Positions 10,825 through 20,904 of a stretch of 48,316 nt of DNA are shown piece after piece. Where the stretch lies: contig JACVQK010000020.1 of the NCBI GenBank assembly GCA_015661155.1, forward strand, positions 1 to 48,316, read 5' to 3'. Below the pieces are notes generated by a model that saw nothing but the letters and a program-made list of their open reading frames with translations, searched no databases and was not told the DNA's origin. The position numbers were made by a program, and so were the translations under genes. Source of the DNA: Dehalococcoidia bacterium. Lineage in GTDB: Bacteria > Chloroflexota > Dehalococcoidia > Lucifugimonadales > UBA2985. Position 1 is the first letter of the stretch. Every line of letters begins with the position of its first letter.

Positions 10825-11550
10825 ATGAGCAAGGTCTGGGTGCTGCAACACGCACAATGCGAGACCGCCGGGACCATTGAGCAGGTCCTCCAGGCTGAGG
10901 GTGTTCGGGTCGAGTACGTCAGTGGCTTTCAGGGGCAGCCGGTGCCCAGGACCATGGAGGATGCCCTGGGACTGGTGGTTATGGGCGGTCCCATGGGGGT
11001 CTACGAAGAGGCACGCTACCCGTTCCTGAAGGATGAGAAGCGTCTGATAGAGCGGGCACTTCGGGAGGGAAAGCCGGTCCTGGGGGTCTGTCTGGGAAGC
11101 CAGCTTCTGGCCGCTGCTCTGGGCTCTCGAGTAGCCAGGGGCGACCGTAAGGAGATCGGGTGGCACCCCGTCGACCTGACCAGGGAAGCAGGAAACGATC
11201 CCCTGTGGCAGGGCGTTGCCTCGCCGATGGTGGCGTACCACTGGCACGGGGACGTGTTCGACCTGCCCAGTGGAGCGGTGTCCCTGGCCTCGACTCAGCT
11301 CACGGAGTGCCAGGCCTTTCGCTACGGCGGCAGCGCCTACGGTTTCCTGTTCCACATGGAGGTTACCCAGGAGATTATCCGGGACATGGTGGAGACCTTC
11401 TCCGATGAGCTGCGAGACGAGGGTCTGGACGGGAGGGGCATCCTGGCCGAGGCCCCCACGCACCTGCCTACCCTCCATCGGGTGGGGACAGGGGTCTTCC
11501 ATCGGTGGGTAAGTCTTCTGGACGGCGGCGACAGAGGGGTGGGCCGTTGA
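10825..11550 (+). CDS. Type 1 glutamine amidotransferase (GMP synthase GATase-like)
   Basis: VMGGPMGV, GVCLGSQLLA (Cys nucleophile), WHGD, FHME (His-x-Glu). Confidence 0.9.
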   Translation: MSKVWVLQHAQCETAGTIEQVLQAEGVRVEYVSGFQGQPVPRTMEDALGLVVMGGPMGVYEEARYPFLKDEKRLIERALREGKPVLGVCLGSQLLAAALGSRVARGDRKEIGWHPVDLTREAGNDPLWQGVASPMVAYHWHGDVFDLPSGAVSLASTQLTECQAFRYGGSAYGFLFHMEVTQEIIRDMVETFSDELRDEGLDGRGILAEAPTHLPTLHRVGTGVFHRWVSLLDGGDRGVGR

Positions 11551-12032
11551 AAGGAAGCTACGTGCTCAGGCTGTGGCTGCCTGAAAGGAGGCAGCTCACG
11601 GTGGGAAAGCTCGGGACCTTCGAGTTCCCTCCAGGAGAGTACCTCTACTTTGGAAGCGCCCTAAATGGGCTGGAGGGCCGCATCCGCAGGCACCTCCGTC
11701 GGGATAAGCGGCGGCACTGGCATATCGATTTCCTCACAGCGGTGTCCTCCGTGGTGGGAGTGTGGTGGACAACGGGGACGGAGCGCAGGGAGTGCTCCCT
11801 GGCCAAGGCGGCCCTGGACATGGAGGGCGCACAGATGCCCGCCCGGGGCTTTGGCGCTTCGGACTGTCGTTGTCAGTCCCACCTGGTGTGTCTGGCTGGT
11901 GGCCCTGCCACGGGAGAGGAGGCAACGAAACAACCAGCTCCCGCACCCTCGACCTTGAGCATCGGGAAAGACCTCCTTGAATGGAGGAGGCCTCCCGCGG
12001 ACTTAGAAATAGCCCTATCGCTTTGGAGGTAG
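11547..12032 (+). CDS. DUF123 / GIY-YIG (Uri)-like protein
   Basis: KGSYVL, GEYLYFGSA, HWHIDFL, GFGASDCRCQSHL; TTG start overlaps upstream TGA. Confidence 0.8.
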   Translation: MKGSYVLRLWLPERRQLTVGKLGTFEFPPGEYLYFGSALNGLEGRIRRHLRRDKRRHWHIDFLTAVSSVVGVWWTTGTERRECSLAKAALDMEGAQMPARGFGASDCRCQSHLVCLAGGPATGEEATKQPAPAPSTLSIGKDLLEWRRPPADLEIALSLWR

Positions 12033-12035
12033 CCA

Positions 12036-12278
12036 ATGCCATCCCTTGAAGAGTTGGATGTCCGTGAGGTGCCTCCCGCCAGGAGGCATTTGCTCATCTT
12101 CAGCGCCTTTGAGGCCCTGGAGCCGGGGCAGACCTTTGTCCTGGTGAACGACCACGACCCCAAACCCCTCTACTACCAGTTCCAGGCTGAGCGCACCGGC
12201 ACCTTCACCTGGGAGTACCTGAAGCAGGGGCCTGAGATGTGGCGCGTCAGGATCGGTAAGACTGTTCCAGGAGGCTAG
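12036..12278 (+). CDS. DUF2249 domain protein
   Basis: LDVR..PP..RH..IF..F..L..G..F.LVNDHDPKPLYYQF...W.YL..GP..WRV pattern; GGAGG RBS. Confidence 0.85.
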   Translation: MPSLEELDVREVPPARRHLLIFSAFEALEPGQTFVLVNDHDPKPLYYQFQAERTGTFTWEYLKQGPEMWRVRIGKTVPGG

Positions 12279-12281
12279 AGC

Positions 12282-13358
12282 ATGGCAGCAGTGGGTATAC
12301 CACGTCGGGCGCTCCTTCTGGCAGTGCTGCTCGTGCTGGTTGTGGGGGTGCTGGCCGGCCTGGGTCGGGTTGGATGGGACATCCCCATCAGCTGGCAGGT
12401 CGTAGGGAACCACGGCCCGCTCATGGTGTCCGGCTTCCTGGGAACCCTCATCGGCCTGGAGAGGGCCGTGGGAATCAGGAGGCGTCCCGCCTATGCGGTG
12501 CCTGGGCTGTCCCTGGCGGGGACCCTGCTCCTCCTGGCCGGGGCGACTGCCGAGGTGGCCAGCGTGCTCACGTCCCTGAGCGCTTTAGGGTTGGCTGCTA
12601 TCTACTTCTTCCTGGCGCGGCCCTCCACCGCGTACTTCCTGGGAGTCATGGCCCTGGGCGCTTTCATGTGGCTTGGGGGCAACGTGCTCTGGGGTATGGG
12701 GCGTCCCTTTGCCGAGGTGGCCCCCTGGTGGAGCGCATTCCTCGTGCTCACCATAGCAGGAGAGCGACTGGAGCTGGGAAGGGTGCGCCGTCTCTCCGCT
12801 GCGGTGCTGGCCGCCTTCTTCGCCGCGGTGTCCATCCTGGTGGTTGGCGTGGCGACCACGGCGCTGGCATTCGACCCGGGGGTACGGGTGTTCGGAGCGG
12901 GGCTTCTCGCGCTCGCCCTCTGGCTCTTGCGGCACGACCTCGCCTGGAGGACAGCCAGGATTCCGGGGCTGCCCCGGTACATGGGGGTGGCGCTGCTCCT
13001 GGGGTATGCCTGGCTGGCCGTAGGCGGCGTGGTGGCCCTCGGCTCCGGAGGCGTCTACGGTGGACCCGAATACGACGTCCTCCTCCATGCTGTTTTCCTT
13101 GGATTTGTCATGTCCATGGTCTTCGCCCACGCCCCAGTGATGCTCCCGGCCGTGGCCGGAGTGACCATCTCCTTCACCCGGGCCTTCTATGTCCCCCTTG
13201 TGCTCTTGCACGGCTCCCTGGCACTGAGGGTCGTCGGCGACCTCGTAGGCTCCTTTCCCAGCGCCAGGTGGGGCAGCCTTTTCAACGGAGCCGCCCTGGC
13301 TCTCTTTTTCCTGGTGGTCGCGGGGTCGGCATTGATACGCAGACGTTCCAGGAGGTAG
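12282..13358 (+). CDS. Polytopic membrane protein (NnrS-like, about 12 TM)
   Basis: HGPLMVSGFLGTLIGLERA, LTIAGERLEL, HAVFLGFVMSMVFAH; His residues within membrane segments. Confidence 0.7.
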   Translation: MAAVGIPRRALLLAVLLVLVVGVLAGLGRVGWDIPISWQVVGNHGPLMVSGFLGTLIGLERAVGIRRRPAYAVPGLSLAGTLLLLAGATAEVASVLTSLSALGLAAIYFFLARPSTAYFLGVMALGAFMWLGGNVLWGMGRPFAEVAPWWSAFLVLTIAGERLELGRVRRLSAAVLAAFFAAVSILVVGVATTALAFDPGVRVFGAGLLALALWLLRHDLAWRTARIPGLPRYMGVALLLGYAWLAVGGVVALGSGGVYGGPEYDVLLHAVFLGFVMSMVFAHAPVMLPAVAGVTISFTRAFYVPLVLLHGSLALRVVGDLVGSFPSARWGSLFNGAALALFFLVVAGSALIRRRSRR

Positions 13359-13389
13359 GGAAGCGCCCAGATGTATCGGGATTGCCTGG

Positions 13390-13504
13390 AGTCTGAGGGA
13401 CACCCTCAGACTGGGCTAAGCCCAGGCCCACACCGGGCGAACTGTAGAATATGGTCAGACCCAATGCAACACCCTCCAAATCTGGGTGCAGGGCACGCCA
13501 TGCA
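13390..13504 (+). repeat. REP-like module B, core type 1
   Basis: CTGGGCTAAGCCCAG hairpin, core GAACTGTAGAATATGGTCAGAC, TGGGTGCAGGGCACGCC end. Confidence 0.75.
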
Positions 13505-13600
13505 TGCTTTATATCTCTGGGATTATTCTTGTGGTAAACTTGAAACATCTGGTAAGACGTGTGAACCTGAGCAACAGGTCGCAGCCAGGGGGCTAGAGCC

Positions 13601-15883
13601 GTGGTAGCCAGTCACCACTTAGAAGCGTACTTCGTGATTGACGACCGGCAGCGGATCCTCCGGTGGAGCAGTGCCGCCGCACTCGTGTTGGGCGTTCCAG
13701 AAGACATGGCCGTGGGACGATCCTGTTACGAGGTAGTACGGGGCCACGACTCCTTCGGCAAGGATGTCTGTCGTCCCCACTGTCCTGCGTTCGAGGCTTT
13801 GCAAAGGGGCAGCCTGACGAGTAGCTGTTCGCTCCTTGTGGACGGGCCGGGAGGCAGGGACCGCTTCTGGGCCAAGCTGGTCGCTCTGCCTGACGTAACC
13901 GGGGGTGCTCTCGCCACCCTGGTTGAGCGCCCGCCTGAGCTGTCAACCCCGGCGGGCGATTCCCAGCTTGCTGCGTCCCTTCGGCCTACGCTGGCCTCTG
14001 CCGTGGACATCGTGTGGGACCTGGCTGCCCTGGGAGCCCTGGTCACCAACCTGTCCTACGACGCTCCTGACCGTAGCATCGAGAGAGTGCTGGATGGACT
14101 CCGTCAGGTGACGGAGGCGGAAATCGCTGAACTGTTCTTGGTGGAGCCTCGTGGCAGAGACATGCTCCTTACCACCTTCCGTGGCCCCTTTCCATCGGCT
14201 TTCATGGAGATGACTCGCTTCCCTATCGGCGAGGGCTTTCCTGGGCTGGTGCTGAGCCAGGGAGAGCCGATATCGACCTCGGACCTCCTCCAAGATGCCA
14301 GGTACTTGCGAACGCGTGTGAAGGAGAAGGGGTTTCACTCCTACGTGTGCCAGCCCCTTCGTGGGCCCAAGGGCATTATCGGCGTCCTCAACGTGGCTAC
14401 CCGGCGGCCAGACATGGACATGGAGAGAGCACGGCGATTTCTCAGCTGGGTCAGCGTTCCATTGAGCACCATGCTGGACGCCGCTTCGCTCAAGGCCCGG
14501 CTGAACGCCGTGACCACGCCGCCCGGAGCTTTGGTAGACACCACAAGGAGCCATTCGGAGCTGTTGCGGGGCGTGTTGCGTCGGATGATGGCCATTGGTG
14601 ACGCCGGTGCAGGGGCGCTCTTTCTTTTGGACAGGGAGCTTGAGGGTCTGGCACAGCAGGTGACAGAGGGTGCCTTTGATGAAGCCATATGCCCTCATAT
14701 CCAACATGGAGAGTCCGGGAGATGTCCAGCCCTGTTAGAGGGCCACGGGATGGCCCTGTACGGGCCTCGCTACCGATGGTCCCCTGCTTGTCAACACGTG
14801 TCTGCCAGGGGCCAGGTGGTCCATTGCCTGCCCCTGATATCCGGGGAAGAACGGATTGGGATCATCCAACTGAGGTATGCTGCTGGTGGCCCATCACCTC
14901 CTACCAGATACCTGGCTACTCTCCTGGACATAGCTGAAGAGGCAGCCCTGGCTATCAAAAAGGCACGGGATGCTCTCCAGGAGCAGGCGAGGGCGGTGGC
15001 CCTTGAGAGCCAACTGCAAAGGGAGAGTGGCCGGAGAACAGCGCACGCGAAAGGGTCGACTGACCTTTCCGGCCCTGAGTCTCCCCGGTCTGGGGCCGAG
15101 CCTTTGCAACCCCTCCTGGATATCCGATGCTTTGGCTCCTTTGAGCTTCAACGCCGGGGAAAGCTGGTCACGCCTGACATGGTTCAACGACGTGGGGCGC
15201 TCACGCTACTGAAGATACTCCTCGTCCATGCTGGGCGGCCGGTGTCCCGGGACGTGCTGGTGGAGCTTCTGTGGCCTGAGGCAGAGCCGCGCCTCGCCGC
15301 GAATCGCTTGCATGTCCTGATGCATGCCCTGAGGCAAGTGGTTGAGCCTTCGCCGCGGGAACGGCAGTGGGCCTTCATCTGCAGGGAAGGCGACCGCTAC
15401 TACCTCGATACCAATGCCCCATACCGCCTCGACGTCCAGGAGTTCCGTAGATATGTCGACCTCGGCGAGCGGCTGGAGCGGGATGGAGACGTTGCAGGTG
15501 TCACCGTCGCCTATGAAGCAGCCGCAAACCTGTATAGAGGCGATTTCCTTGAGGACGAGATCTATGCCGAGTGGTGTTGGGAGGCCAGGGAATCTCTTCG
15601 GGAGCGATACCTGGACGTGGTGGGAAGGCTTGCGGGCCTCTACCTTGAGCAGGGCCATACCCAGAAGAGCCTGGACCTCTACCGTAGAGGCTTGAGGGCG
15701 GATCCCCTTCGAGAAGAGACCCAGTACGGCCTGATACGGGCTCTCTGGCTGGCTGGATGGCCTGCCGAGGCGCTGCGCCAGTATGAGGCGTGTCGGGCGC
15801 TGCTGGAACGTGAGCTGAGTGTCGCCCCCAGCGCTGAAATCGAGCTGCTGGTCCATCAGATTCGCGACGGTCACAAAGCGTAG
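13601..15883 (+). CDS. PAS-GAF-GAF-wHTH-BTAD (SARP-type) transcriptional activator, DnrS-like
   Basis: Cys-rich PAS-like N-terminus, GAF (GEGFPGLV), IRCFGSFEL...LLKILL...LLWPE, LYRGDFL, DPLREE. Confidence 0.85.
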   Translation: MVASHHLEAYFVIDDRQRILRWSSAAALVLGVPEDMAVGRSCYEVVRGHDSFGKDVCRPHCPAFEALQRGSLTSSCSLLVDGPGGRDRFWAKLVALPDVTGGALATLVERPPELSTPAGDSQLAASLRPTLASAVDIVWDLAALGALVTNLSYDAPDRSIERVLDGLRQVTEAEIAELFLVEPRGRDMLLTTFRGPFPSAFMEMTRFPIGEGFPGLVLSQGEPISTSDLLQDARYLRTRVKEKGFHSYVCQPLRGPKGIIGVLNVATRRPDMDMERARRFLSWVSVPLSTMLDAASLKARLNAVTTPPGALVDTTRSHSELLRGVLRRMMAIGDAGAGALFLLDRELEGLAQQVTEGAFDEAICPHIQHGESGRCPALLEGHGMALYGPRYRWSPACQHVSARGQVVHCLPLISGEERIGIIQLRYAAGGPSPPTRYLATLLDIAEEAALAIKKARDALQEQARAVALESQLQRESGRRTAHAKGSTDLSGPESPRSGAEPLQPLLDIRCFGSFELQRRGKLVTPDMVQRRGALTLLKILLVHAGRPVSRDVLVELLWPEAEPRLAANRLHVLMHALRQVVEPSPRERQWAFICREGDRYYLDTNAPYRLDVQEFRRYVDLGERLERDGDVAGVTVAYEAAANLYRGDFLEDEIYAEWCWEARESLRERYLDVVGRLAGLYLEQGHTQKSLDLYRRGLRADPLREETQYGLIRALWLAGWPAEALRQYEACRALLERELSVAPSAEIELLVHQIRDGHKA

Positions 15884-15918
15884 AGCAGACATAAGGCAGA
15901 GAAGGTTACTTGAGTTCC

Positions 15919-15986
15919 TGTAAGTCCGGGGTGAGACCGCCGCTGGAAGAAGAAACCGTGTGGGTTCATGTAAGTCTGCTGTAAGT
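15919..15986 (+). promoter_or_regulatory. Candidate SARP operator heptamers TGTAAGT
   Basis: TGTAAGT at 15919, 15969 and 15980; the last two are 11 bp apart. Confidence 0.5.
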
Positions 15987-15999
15987 GAGGGAGTTCAAT

Positions 16000-16242
16000 A
16001 TGGCTCCAGAAAGAGGATGGAGCATGGTGGACATCTCTCCTGAAGAAACGGGGACAACACCAAGGGGTAGGGTCCCATCCTTTGTGATGACGCTGTGGCT
16101 GGAGCCATTGAGTTCCCCGGACGAACCGGAGTGGAGATGGCGGGTGACGCGAGTGGACACCGGCAAGCAGTGTTACTTCCGCCGCCTGGGTGACCTGCTG
16201 TCGTATGTGAGCGCTGAGTCGGGAGTAGCAGCCCCGCGCTGA
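16000..16242 (+). CDS. Small hypothetical protein (SFVxxLW...WR.RV...TG...F..L..L type)
   Basis: ORF between regulator and cytochrome; GAGGGAG upstream of ATG 16000. Confidence 0.7.
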   Translation: MAPERGWSMVDISPEETGTTPRGRVPSFVMTLWLEPLSSPDEPEWRWRVTRVDTGKQCYFRRLGDLLSYVSAESGVAAPR

Positions 16243-16249
16243 GTAGCGT

Positions 16250-17179
16250 ATGCACCTCATCTATGGAGTAGAGCGAGGCGAAATGATAGCTTGGAGAACC
16301 GGTGCAGACACGGGGAGAAACGGTCTTCAGGTGGTTCTTGTCCTGCTCCTCCTGCTGGCTCTTGGGCTGGGTACAGGAGTGAGCCAGGCGCTGGCAGATC
16401 CACCAGGCGGGTCGGCTGAGGATGGGCAGGCACTGTTCCAAAGGAAGTGCGCTGCCTGCCATAGCATAGGCCAGGGAGACATGCTGGGTCCAGACCTGAA
16501 GGGTGTGACCACGCGTCGCGACTCCGACTGGGTGGCCCGCTTCCTGGCTGCTCCAGACCAGGTGCTGGCGAGCGGAGACCCCATTGCCACTGAGCTGCTC
16601 AGCAAGTACAACATAAAGATGCCCAACCTGGGGCTGACGGAAACGGAGGTGACCGCCCTTATTGCCTACCTGGGGACGCAGGCTGGAAGCGCACCTGAGC
16701 CGCAACCCACACTGGCTCCAATGGCGATCTTGTCAGAGGGCGATAAGACAGCGGGCAATGACCTGTTCACCGGCACTGCTCGTTTCCAAAACGGTGGCCC
16801 GCCCTGTGTGGCCTGCCACACCACCGCCGATATCGGCTTTCTGGGAGGTGGGGCGTTGGGGCCAGACCTTACCGGTGCCCACGCCAAGCTGGGAGACGCA
16901 ATGGCGGTCTGGCCCGAGACGGTGCCGCCCATGAAAGCAATCTACCAGGACAAGCCCCTGACCCAAAAAGAGAAGGACGATCTGTTGGCCCTCTTCCAAT
17001 CGGCCTCAACGGCCCAGGGCCAGCCTTGGGTCGTGGGCCAACTGGCCCTGCTGGCAGTGGCGGGATCGGCTTTACTGATGGGCCTTGCCCACCTGGTCTG
17101 GTGGCGTCGGCTGCGGGGGGTTCGCAGGGCCATGGTCGCACGTCGGACATCCCCATTCCGTGACATTTTAGGAGGGTAG
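16250..17179 (+). CDS. Membrane-anchored diheme c-type cytochrome (NarC-like)
   Basis: Signal-like hydrophobic N-terminus, CAACH and CVACH each followed by GPDL, distal Met candidates, C-terminal TM; start may be 16283. Confidence 0.88.
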   Translation: MHLIYGVERGEMIAWRTGADTGRNGLQVVLVLLLLLALGLGTGVSQALADPPGGSAEDGQALFQRKCAACHSIGQGDMLGPDLKGVTTRRDSDWVARFLAAPDQVLASGDPIATELLSKYNIKMPNLGLTETEVTALIAYLGTQAGSAPEPQPTLAPMAILSEGDKTAGNDLFTGTARFQNGGPPCVACHTTADIGFLGGGALGPDLTGAHAKLGDAMAVWPETVPPMKAIYQDKPLTQKEKDDLLALFQSASTAQGQPWVVGQLALLAVAGSALLMGLAHLVWWRRLRGVRRAMVARRTSPFRDILGG

Positions 17180-17184
17180 TTAAG

Positions 17185-20100
17185 ATGGGCTGGATTCAAG
17201 ACCTGGTTGACCCCAAAGCACGCAACTGGGAGGAGTTCTACCGCAACCGCTACCAGTACGATAACGTCGTTCGCAGCACCCATGGGGTCAACTGCACGGG
17301 TGGCTGTTCATGGGCAATCCACGTCAAAGATGGAATCATCACCTGGGAGATGCAGCAGACCGACTACCCGCTACTGGAGTGCAACCTCCCGCCCTACGAG
17401 CCCCGGGGATGCCAGCGCGGTATCTCTGCCTCGTGGTACGTCTACAGCCCCATTCGGGTAAAGTACCCCTACGTCCGGGGCAGCCTGTTGGAGCTGTGGC
17501 GCAGCGCGAGGGTCCAGCACCCCAACCCGGTGGATGCATGGGCCTCTATCGTCCAGGATGAGGACAAACGCTCCCGGTACCAGGGATCTCGGGGCAAGGG
17601 GGGCTTTCGCCGCTCCACCTGGGACGAGGTGCAGGAGATCATCGCCGCCTCCTGTCTTTACACGGCCAAGAAGTGGGGCCCTGACCGGGTCTTCGGCTTC
17701 TCCCCCATCCCCGCCATGTCCTACCTGTCCTACGCGGGAGGCTCCCGGTTCCTCCAACTCTTCGGCGGCGTGAACATGAGCTTCTACGACTGGTACGCTG
17801 ACCTGCCCAACGCCTTCCCGGAGGTATGGGGCGACCAGACGGACGTGGCCGAGAGCGCCGACTGGTACAACTCCAAGTACATTGTCTCCATGGGATCCAA
17901 CCTCAACATGACCCGCACCCCCGACGTCCACTTCATCGCTGAGGCGCGGCATGAAGGGGCCAAGTTCGTCGTAATCTCACCCGACTTCAGCCAGGTGGCC
18001 AAGTACTCAGACTGGTGGATACCTGTCACCTCGGGCCAGGACACCGCCCTGTGGATGGCGGTGAACCACGTCATTCTGAAGGAGTATCACGCCGACCGAC
18101 AGGTGCCGTACTTCGTGGATTACATGAAACGCTACACCGACGGCCCTTTCCTGGTGCAGCTCACGCCCACCGAGGAGGGCTACCAGCCGGGACGTCTGCT
18201 TCAAGCCGGCCACCTGGAGCGCTACCAGGGCATCGAGAACGGGGACTGGAAGATGCTGGTGCTCGACCAGGGGTCCGACGAGCCCCGTATGCCCAAGGGC
18301 CAGGTGGGGTTCCGCTGGGGCGAGGAGAAGGGAAAGTGGAACCTGAAAATGGAAGACGGCCTGGACAACTCGCCCATCGACCCCGTCCTCACCTTCCTCG
18401 GCCAGCAAGAGCAGGTGGCTCAGGTGAGCTTCCATGACTTCGCTGGCGGGCAGACACTGCTGCGGGGCGTTCCTGCCAGACAGGTCCAGACCGCCGATGG
18501 CCCGGTGCTGGTGACCACGGCCTTTGACCTGCTCATGGCCCAGTTCGGGGTTGGGCGGGGCCTGGAGGGTGATTACCCCACCAGCTATGACGACAACATG
18601 GTGTATACGCCCGCATGGCAGGAGCAGTTCACGGGCATAGGGCGAGACACGGTCACCCGGTTGGCCCGGGAGTTCGCCAGCAACGCGGAAGCCACCCAGG
18701 GCCGCTCAATGATCATAATCGGCGCCAGCATCAACCACTGGTACAACAACAACCTCTCTTACCGTGCCCCCATCACAGCCCTTCTTCTGTGCGGCTGCTG
18801 TGGGGTCAACGGTGGTGGCATGAACCACTACGTGGGCCAGGAGAAGCTAACCCTTGTAGCTCCTTGGACCAGCCTCGCCTTCGCCCAGGACTGGGGTGTG
18901 ACCCCCCGCCGTCAGCAGTCCCCCACGTGGCACTACGTGAATAGCGACCAGTGGCGCTACGAGGGCGATTTCACCGAGTACGCCTCGGTGCCCCCCAACG
19001 CCCGTTGGGCCAAGGGGCATGCCATGGACCTGGAGGCCAAGGCCGTGCGGATGGGGTGGATGCCCTACTACCCCCAGTTCAACGAGAACCCCCTGGGTCT
19101 GGTACAGGAGGCTCAACGCGCGGGTGCCAGCTCCGATGGTCAGGTTGCCCAGCGTGTTGTCGAACGGCTCAAGAGCAAACAGCTCAGCTTTGCCGTGGAC
19201 GACCCCGACGCGCAGGAGAACTGGCCCCGGGTCTGGTTCATATGGCGGGGCAACGCCATGGCTTCCAGCGCCAAAGGGGCCGAGTTTTTCCAGCGCCACT
19301 ACCTGGGCACCCACGACAATATCGTGGCCCAAGAGCACGCCAAGGGGACGGTGAAGACGGTGCAGTTCAGAGAGCCAGCGCCGCGAGGCAAGATGGACCT
19401 GGTGGTGGACATCAACTTCCGCATGGACTCCTCGGCTCTCTACTCCGACATCGTCCTGCCCACGGCCTTCTGGTATGAGAAGAACGACCTCAATACCACC
19501 GACCTCCACTCCTTTGTGCACCCCCTGGGGGCCGCGATTCCACCTGTCTGGGAGTCCAAAACGGACTGGGAGATCTTCAAGGGCCTCGCCAAGAAGGTTA
19601 GCGAGATGGCCCCCTCAGCCTTTCCGGCCCCCCTCAAGGACCTGGTTGCCTTTCCTTTGATGCACGACACCCCGGATGAGCTGGCCCAGCGGGATGTTCT
19701 CGACTGGGGCGAGGGCGAATGCGATCCTGTGCCAGGCAAGACCATGCCCCATCTCAGGGTTGTGGAGCGGGACTACGTCAACCTGTACAACCGTTTCATC
19801 TCCCTGGGGCCACGGATACGGGACAACGGAGTCACCGGCAACGGTGTTAACGTCCCTGTCCAGCAGTTCTACGACGAGTTGCTGAAGAGCCCGGTGGGAG
19901 GCACCCCTGACCCACGACATACACGCAGCGTAGAGTGGGGTGGCAAGAGATATCCCAGTCTGGAGGATGCCCTGGATGCGTCCAACGTGCTGCTGGCCCT
20001 GGCTCCCGAGACCAACGGCGAGATTGCCTATGAGGGCTTCAAGCACGAGGAGGAGCGTGTGGGGCTGCCCCTGGCCGACCTGGCGGAGAAGGTCAGGGGC

Positions 20101-20829
20101 GTCCGCATGAACTTCCATGACCTCACCCGGCAGGTGCGCCGTACCCTCATCAGCCCCTGCTGGACAGGCATGGTCAACGACGGGCGGGCCTATGCCGCCT
20201 GGTGCATCAACGTGGAGCGCCTGGTCCCCTGGCGCACCTTGACCGGCCGCCAGCATATGTACATAGACCATCCCTACTACATGGACTTCGGCGAGCACCT
20301 CCCCACCTACAAGCCGAAGCTGGACCCCTACAAGACCGGGGACATCGTTACCAGTGAGGTGGACAGCCAGAGCCTGGTGCTCAACTACATAACCCCGCAC
20401 GGCAAGTGGAACATCCACTCCACCTACAAGGATAACCACCGCATGCTCACCCTATCTCGGGGAATGGACCCCGTATGGATCAATGACAAGGACGCCGATA
20501 GGATTGGCCTCAAGGACAACGACTGGGTGGAGATGTATAACGACAACGGAGTGGTGGTCACTCGCGCCAATGTCAGCCGAAGGGTCCAGGCAGGCACATG
20601 CCTGTACTACCACGCGGTGGAGCGCACCGTGTACATGCCCAAGTCCCAGGTCAGGGGTGGGCGGCGAGCCGGAGGCCACAACAGCCTCACCCGCACGCGC
20701 ATCAACCCTGTCTTGCTGGCCGGCGGCTATGCCCAGTTCACTTACGGCTTCAACTACTGGGGCCCTACCGGCATATTCACCCGGGACACGTACTGCGTGG
20801 TGCGGAAGCTAGAAAAGCTGGAGTGGTAG
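17185..20829 (+). CDS. narG: Nitrate reductase / nitrite oxidoreductase alpha subunit (NarG/NxrA), cytoplasmic, 1214 aa
   Basis: [11 protein letters not shown]...PRGC FS0 motif, YDWYADLP Mo-ligand Asp, [12 protein letters not shown]; no Tat signal. Confidence 0.95.
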   Translation: MGWIQDLVDPKARNWEEFYRNRYQYDNVVRSTHGVNCTGGCSWAIHVKDGIITWEMQQTDYPLLECNLPPYEPRGCQRGISASWYVYSPIRVKYPYVRGSLLELWRSARVQHPNPVDAWASIVQDEDKRSRYQGSRGKGGFRRSTWDEVQEIIAASCLYTAKKWGPDRVFGFSPIPAMSYLSYAGGSRFLQLFGGVNMSFYDWYADLPNAFPEVWGDQTDVAESADWYNSKYIVSMGSNLNMTRTPDVHFIAEARHEGAKFVVISPDFSQVAKYSDWWIPVTSGQDTALWMAVNHVILKEYHADRQVPYFVDYMKRYTDGPFLVQLTPTEEGYQPGRLLQAGHLERYQGIENGDWKMLVLDQGSDEPRMPKGQVGFRWGEEKGKWNLKMEDGLDNSPIDPVLTFLGQQEQVAQVSFHDFAGGQTLLRGVPARQVQTADGPVLVTTAFDLLMAQFGVGRGLEGDYPTSYDDNMVYTPAWQEQFTGIGRDTVTRLAREFASNAEATQGRSMIIIGASINHWYNNNLSYRAPITALLLCGCCGVNGGGMNHYVGQEKLTLVAPWTSLAFAQDWGVTPRRQQSPTWHYVNSDQWRYEGDFTEYASVPPNARWAKGHAMDLEAKAVRMGWMPYYPQFNENPLGLVQEAQRAGASSDGQVAQRVVERLKSKQLSFAVDDPDAQENWPRVWFIWRGNAMASSAKGAEFFQRHYLGTHDNIVAQEHAKGTVKTVQFREPAPRGKMDLVVDINFRMDSSALYSDIVLPTAFWYEKNDLNTTDLHSFVHPLGAAIPPVWESKTDWEIFKGLAKKVSEMAPSAFPAPLKDLVAFPLMHDTPDELAQRDVLDWGEGECDPVPGKTMPHLRVVERDYVNLYNRFISLGPRIRDNGVTGNGVNVPVQQFYDELLKSPVGGTPDPRHTRSVEWGGKRYPSLEDALDASNVLLALAPETNGEIAYEGFKHEEERVGLPLADLAEKVRGVRMNFHDLTRQVRRTLISPCWTGMVNDGRAYAAWCINVERLVPWRTLTGRQHMYIDHPYYMDFGEHLPTYKPKLDPYKTGDIVTSEVDSQSLVLNYITPHGKWNIHSTYKDNHRMLTLSRGMDPVWINDKDADRIGLKDNDWVEMYNDNGVVVTRANVSRRVQAGTCLYYHAVERTVYMPKSQVRGGRRAGGHNSLTRTRINPVLLAGGYAQFTYGFNYWGPTGIFTRDTYCVVRKLEKLEW

Positions 20830-20904
20830 CCGGCGATACCAGGGAAATCCATACATAGAAGAGCGCCGGGGCGGGGTCAGCCTTCCGGCGAGAAGGAGGG
20901 GCAG

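Noticed and set aside
17185-20829. Periplasmic Nitrospira/anammox-type NXR or archaeal pNar
   Set aside because: No twin-arginine signal, and NarJ plus a NarI-type anchor are present
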